A DNA stretch of 64,000 nucleotides, from the NCBI GenBank assembly GCA_003222945.1, contig QHXM01000063.1:186-64185 (forward strand). Direction: 5' to 3'. Below, piece after piece: positions 61,922 to 64,000 of the stretch. The position numbers and the translations under genes were made by a program. How positions within the stretch are numbered: position 1 is the first letter of the stretch; each line of letters begins with the position of its first letter. This DNA comes from Acidobacteriota bacterium. GTDB taxonomy: Bacteria > Acidobacteriota > Blastocatellia > Pyrinomonadales > Pyrinomonadaceae. The notes below the pieces were generated by a model. That model had not been told where the DNA came from. It searched no databases and saw only the letters and a list, made by a program, of their open reading frames with translations.

Positions 61922-64000
61922 TTACTTGCTATTCATTGGCGCGGCGTAGCGAACGAACTTCAACTCAGCAAGCGCCGCGAGTTTTTCAATAGGCAATCTT
62001 CCGATGACCATCTTCGCGGTCTTCGGATCGAGCACGACTTCAAAGCCAAGCTTCTTCAATTCGGCGATTGTCTCGTCTGATTTCTCCGTCAGCCAGATTT
62101 GAATCTCGGTCTTGCCGTCGTGGACAAACTTTGCTTCATCCGTGCCCGGCTTCGCGTTCTTATCCTTCAAACGATCAACCAGCGCGACGAGCGTGGGGTT
62201 CAGTTTCGTCTGTAACTGCTGCCGCTTCTCTTCCGCCGGAGAGAGTTTCGGCGCAGGGGCTTCAGACTCGCGGTTAATCACTCCGCCAGCGATTACGCGC
62301 CGAGCAATTACTCCATTGCCGCCGCCACCGCCGCCAGAATTTTTATCGCCTCCACCAATATTGCTGCCACGACCATTGCCAATTGGGTTTCCAGCAATTG
62401 GCGCTTTGGCGCTAACGGTATTCATGCCCGAGCTAGTTATAACATTGGTAGAGGCTGAAGCACGCTGACCTAAGAAAGGATAGGTTTGTGCACTTTGTAC
62501 TGGCAGGTTTCCTGCATCTCTCCCGAAGACACCTTCATAGCTCATGCCTTCCGGCATATCAACGGGAACATCTATGCGGCGCGGCTTGCCTCCGTCTGTG
62601 ACGGTCATCTCTTCGACTGCGACGAAGGAGGTGAACTGCGTCATCAGGCGATACTCAAGCCCTAGCTGCGTGATCGTCTCTTTCACATCCGCATGAGCGT
62701 TGTTGCGCTGCAAGCCAGCGTAGTCCTGACTCATCAAGTCATCAATTCGCGTTCGCGCCCAGAGAGTCGCAAGAACGTCGTGTTCGGCTTGCGCTTCCGG
62801 CAGATCAACCGGAATCTCACGCACGAAATCTCTGCCAGACATCTTGCCCTTCAAACGAATAACGCCATGACCCGCGCTCGTGTAGCGACCTGTCAAGACA
62901 ACTGGCTTTGCGCTGAAGAGATCGGGAATTCGTTTCGGATAGACATCTGCGACTGCGAGACCTCCCCAATCAATAGAGATGTCCGTTAGAAGCGGGCTGC
63001 GAACGCGCTCATGAAAACGACGCGCAGCCGTAGAGCCGTCATCGTTGAGCGAAACGTATTCGACTTCACCTCGCCCTTCTTCAGCAATCTTATCGAGCAG
63101 AAAGCGATTGATAGAGCTTCCAATTCCAAATGCGAAGACGCGCGCGTTCGGGTGCTTCTGAACTTCAGAGATAATCTCGAAGTCGTTCCCGACCTCGCCG
63201 TCCGTCATGAAGCAGACCACGCGTATATGGTCCTGCGCGTCCGAAGGATCGAGCGCGGCCTTTATAGCCTTCATCATCTCCGTTCCGCCGCTTCCCCCGC
63301 GCGAAGCTAAGAAGGCTTGCGCCTTCGCTAGATTCTCTTTTGTCGCCGGGACGGGTTTGTCAAAGAGTATGTGCTCGTCGCCTGAGAAGGTTATTAGATT
63401 GAATGTGTCCTGCGGGTAGAGTCCGTCGAGCGCAAGCTTCATGGCCTCCTTAGCCTTCTCAATCGGAAAGCCCATCATTGAGCCTGAAGTATCGAGCACG
63501 AAGACAATCTCCTTCGGCGTCACGTCTTCAACCGTCACTCGCTCCGGCGGCTGAAGTATGAAGGTGAAGAAACCGCCCTTGTCCATGCGATGCGTCAACA
63601 GTGCATCTTCGACGCGCTTGCCCGCGACATCGTACTTCAAGACGAAATCCTTGTTCGGTATCTCGTCCTTGTTCTTCAAACGAACGTGTGCGCTTCCTAC
63701 ATTCGGCCTCTCTATATCTATCTCATGCGATTTCGATTCGACGCTCTCAAGCGGCACGCCAGCGTCGAGCGTGACATCAACAGAGATGTCGTGGCCTGCG
63801 CGCGTGCCTTTGGGCGTAACAATCGGTGTGACGCGCGAGGCATCTGGAACTTGGGTCGTGTTCGGTGAAGTCCCGCCCGCGCTGGTCGGCGTGCCCGGAA
63901 TGTAGCGCGGGGCTACGACCATAGGGAAGACAAATTGATAAGAGCCATCTTCGTACTTCAACGTCTCGACGTAGCTTATCGTCACGGTCACCTTCTCGCC
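61922..64000 (-). CDS. VIT + von Willebrand factor A domain protein (5' end beyond window)
   Basis: The ORF stays open to the window edge. VIT-like VTISYVETLKYEDGSYQFVFPMVVAPRYIPG, VWA MIDAS VFVLDTSGSM, then a Gly-rich linker and a C-terminal alpha/beta domain. Confidence 0.85.
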   Translation of the reverse strand, partial: GEKVTVTISYVETLKYEDGSYQFVFPMVVAPRYIPGTPTSAGGTSPNTTQVPDASRVTPIVTPKGTRAGHDISVDVTLDAGVPLESVESKSHEIDIERPNVGSAHVRLKNKDEIPNKDFVLKYDVAGKRVEDALLTHRMDKGGFFTFILQPPERVTVEDVTPKEIVFVLDTSGSMMGFPIEKAKEAMKLALDGLYPQDTFNLITFSGDEHILFDKPVPATKENLAKAQAFLASRGGSGGTEMMKAIKAALDPSDAQDHIRVVCFMTDGEVGNDFEIISEVQKHPNARVFAFGIGSSINRFLLDKIAEEGRGEVEYVSLNDDGSTAARRFHERVRSPLLTDISIDWGGLAVADVYPKRIPDLFSAKPVVLTGRYTSAGHGVIRLKGKMSGRDFVREIPVDLPEAQAEHDVLATLWARTRIDDLMSQDYAGLQRNNAHADVKETITQLGLEYRLMTQFTSFVAVEEMTVTDGGKPRRIDVPVDMPEGMSYEGVFGRDAGNLPVQSAQTYPFLGQRASASTNVITSSGMNTVSAKAPIAGNPIGNGRGSNIGGGDKNSGGGGGGNGVIARRVIAGGVINRESEAPAPKLSPAEEKRQQLQTKLNPTLVALVDRLKDKNAKPGTDEAKFVHDGKTEIQIWLTEKSDETIAELKKLGFEVVLDPKTAKMVIGRLPIEKLAALAELKFVRYAAPMNSK

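Overview
This is a 64-kb chromosomal segment of a moderately GC-rich bacterium. The protein families look Acidobacteriota-like, but that is inference only because no search was run. I support about 55 genes and two tRNAs. Plus-strand half: a SIS-domain sugar isomerase, a broken APC permease, tRNA-Leu(TAG), then the proteostasis block tig-clpP-[orphan ClpX zinc-finger mini-ORF]-clpX-M23 peptidase-[two small unknown ORFs]-lon. After that come engB, rho, glgA, trxA, a YkgJ-type Cys-cluster protein, purA and tRNA-Lys(TTT). Middle: an ABC-2 exporter, an EEP-family protein, and a 1194-aa secreted beta-helix/Calx-beta/DUF4214 protein. It also holds a NarL-type regulator whose beta-propeller/Y_Y_Y/GAF/HisKA_3 sensor kinase is split into three ORFs. 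Minus-strand half: a complete purine-degradation cluster (xdh subunits, allantoinase, allantoicase, OHCU decarboxylase, HIU hydrolase, PuuD), glpK/glpD, and a translationally coupled 8-9 gene glycoconjugate locus. It ends with lepB (broken), a K+-channel-like protein, an HtrA-like protease, Rrf2, DUF4139 (broken), a SWIM protein and a VIT-VWA protein. I saw no rRNA, CRISPR, transposase, integrase or phage genes. Four things stand out. (1) A 19-nt box, CTAYCC-N4-GGGCGGTGA, precedes five minus-strand transcription units around the NarL-type regulator. (2) A stand-alone ClpX zinc-binding-domain gene lies between clpP and clpX. (3) Intergenic regions are colonised by palindromic elements whose arms are tandem 7-8-nt words. 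One AAAAGCAGAAT...ATTCTGCTTTT family has at least 5 copies, includes nested composites, donates C-terminal codons to three genes and abuts start codons. (4) At least five unrelated genes carry internal deletions or frameshifts. All domain calls come from motifs read by eye, with no database search.
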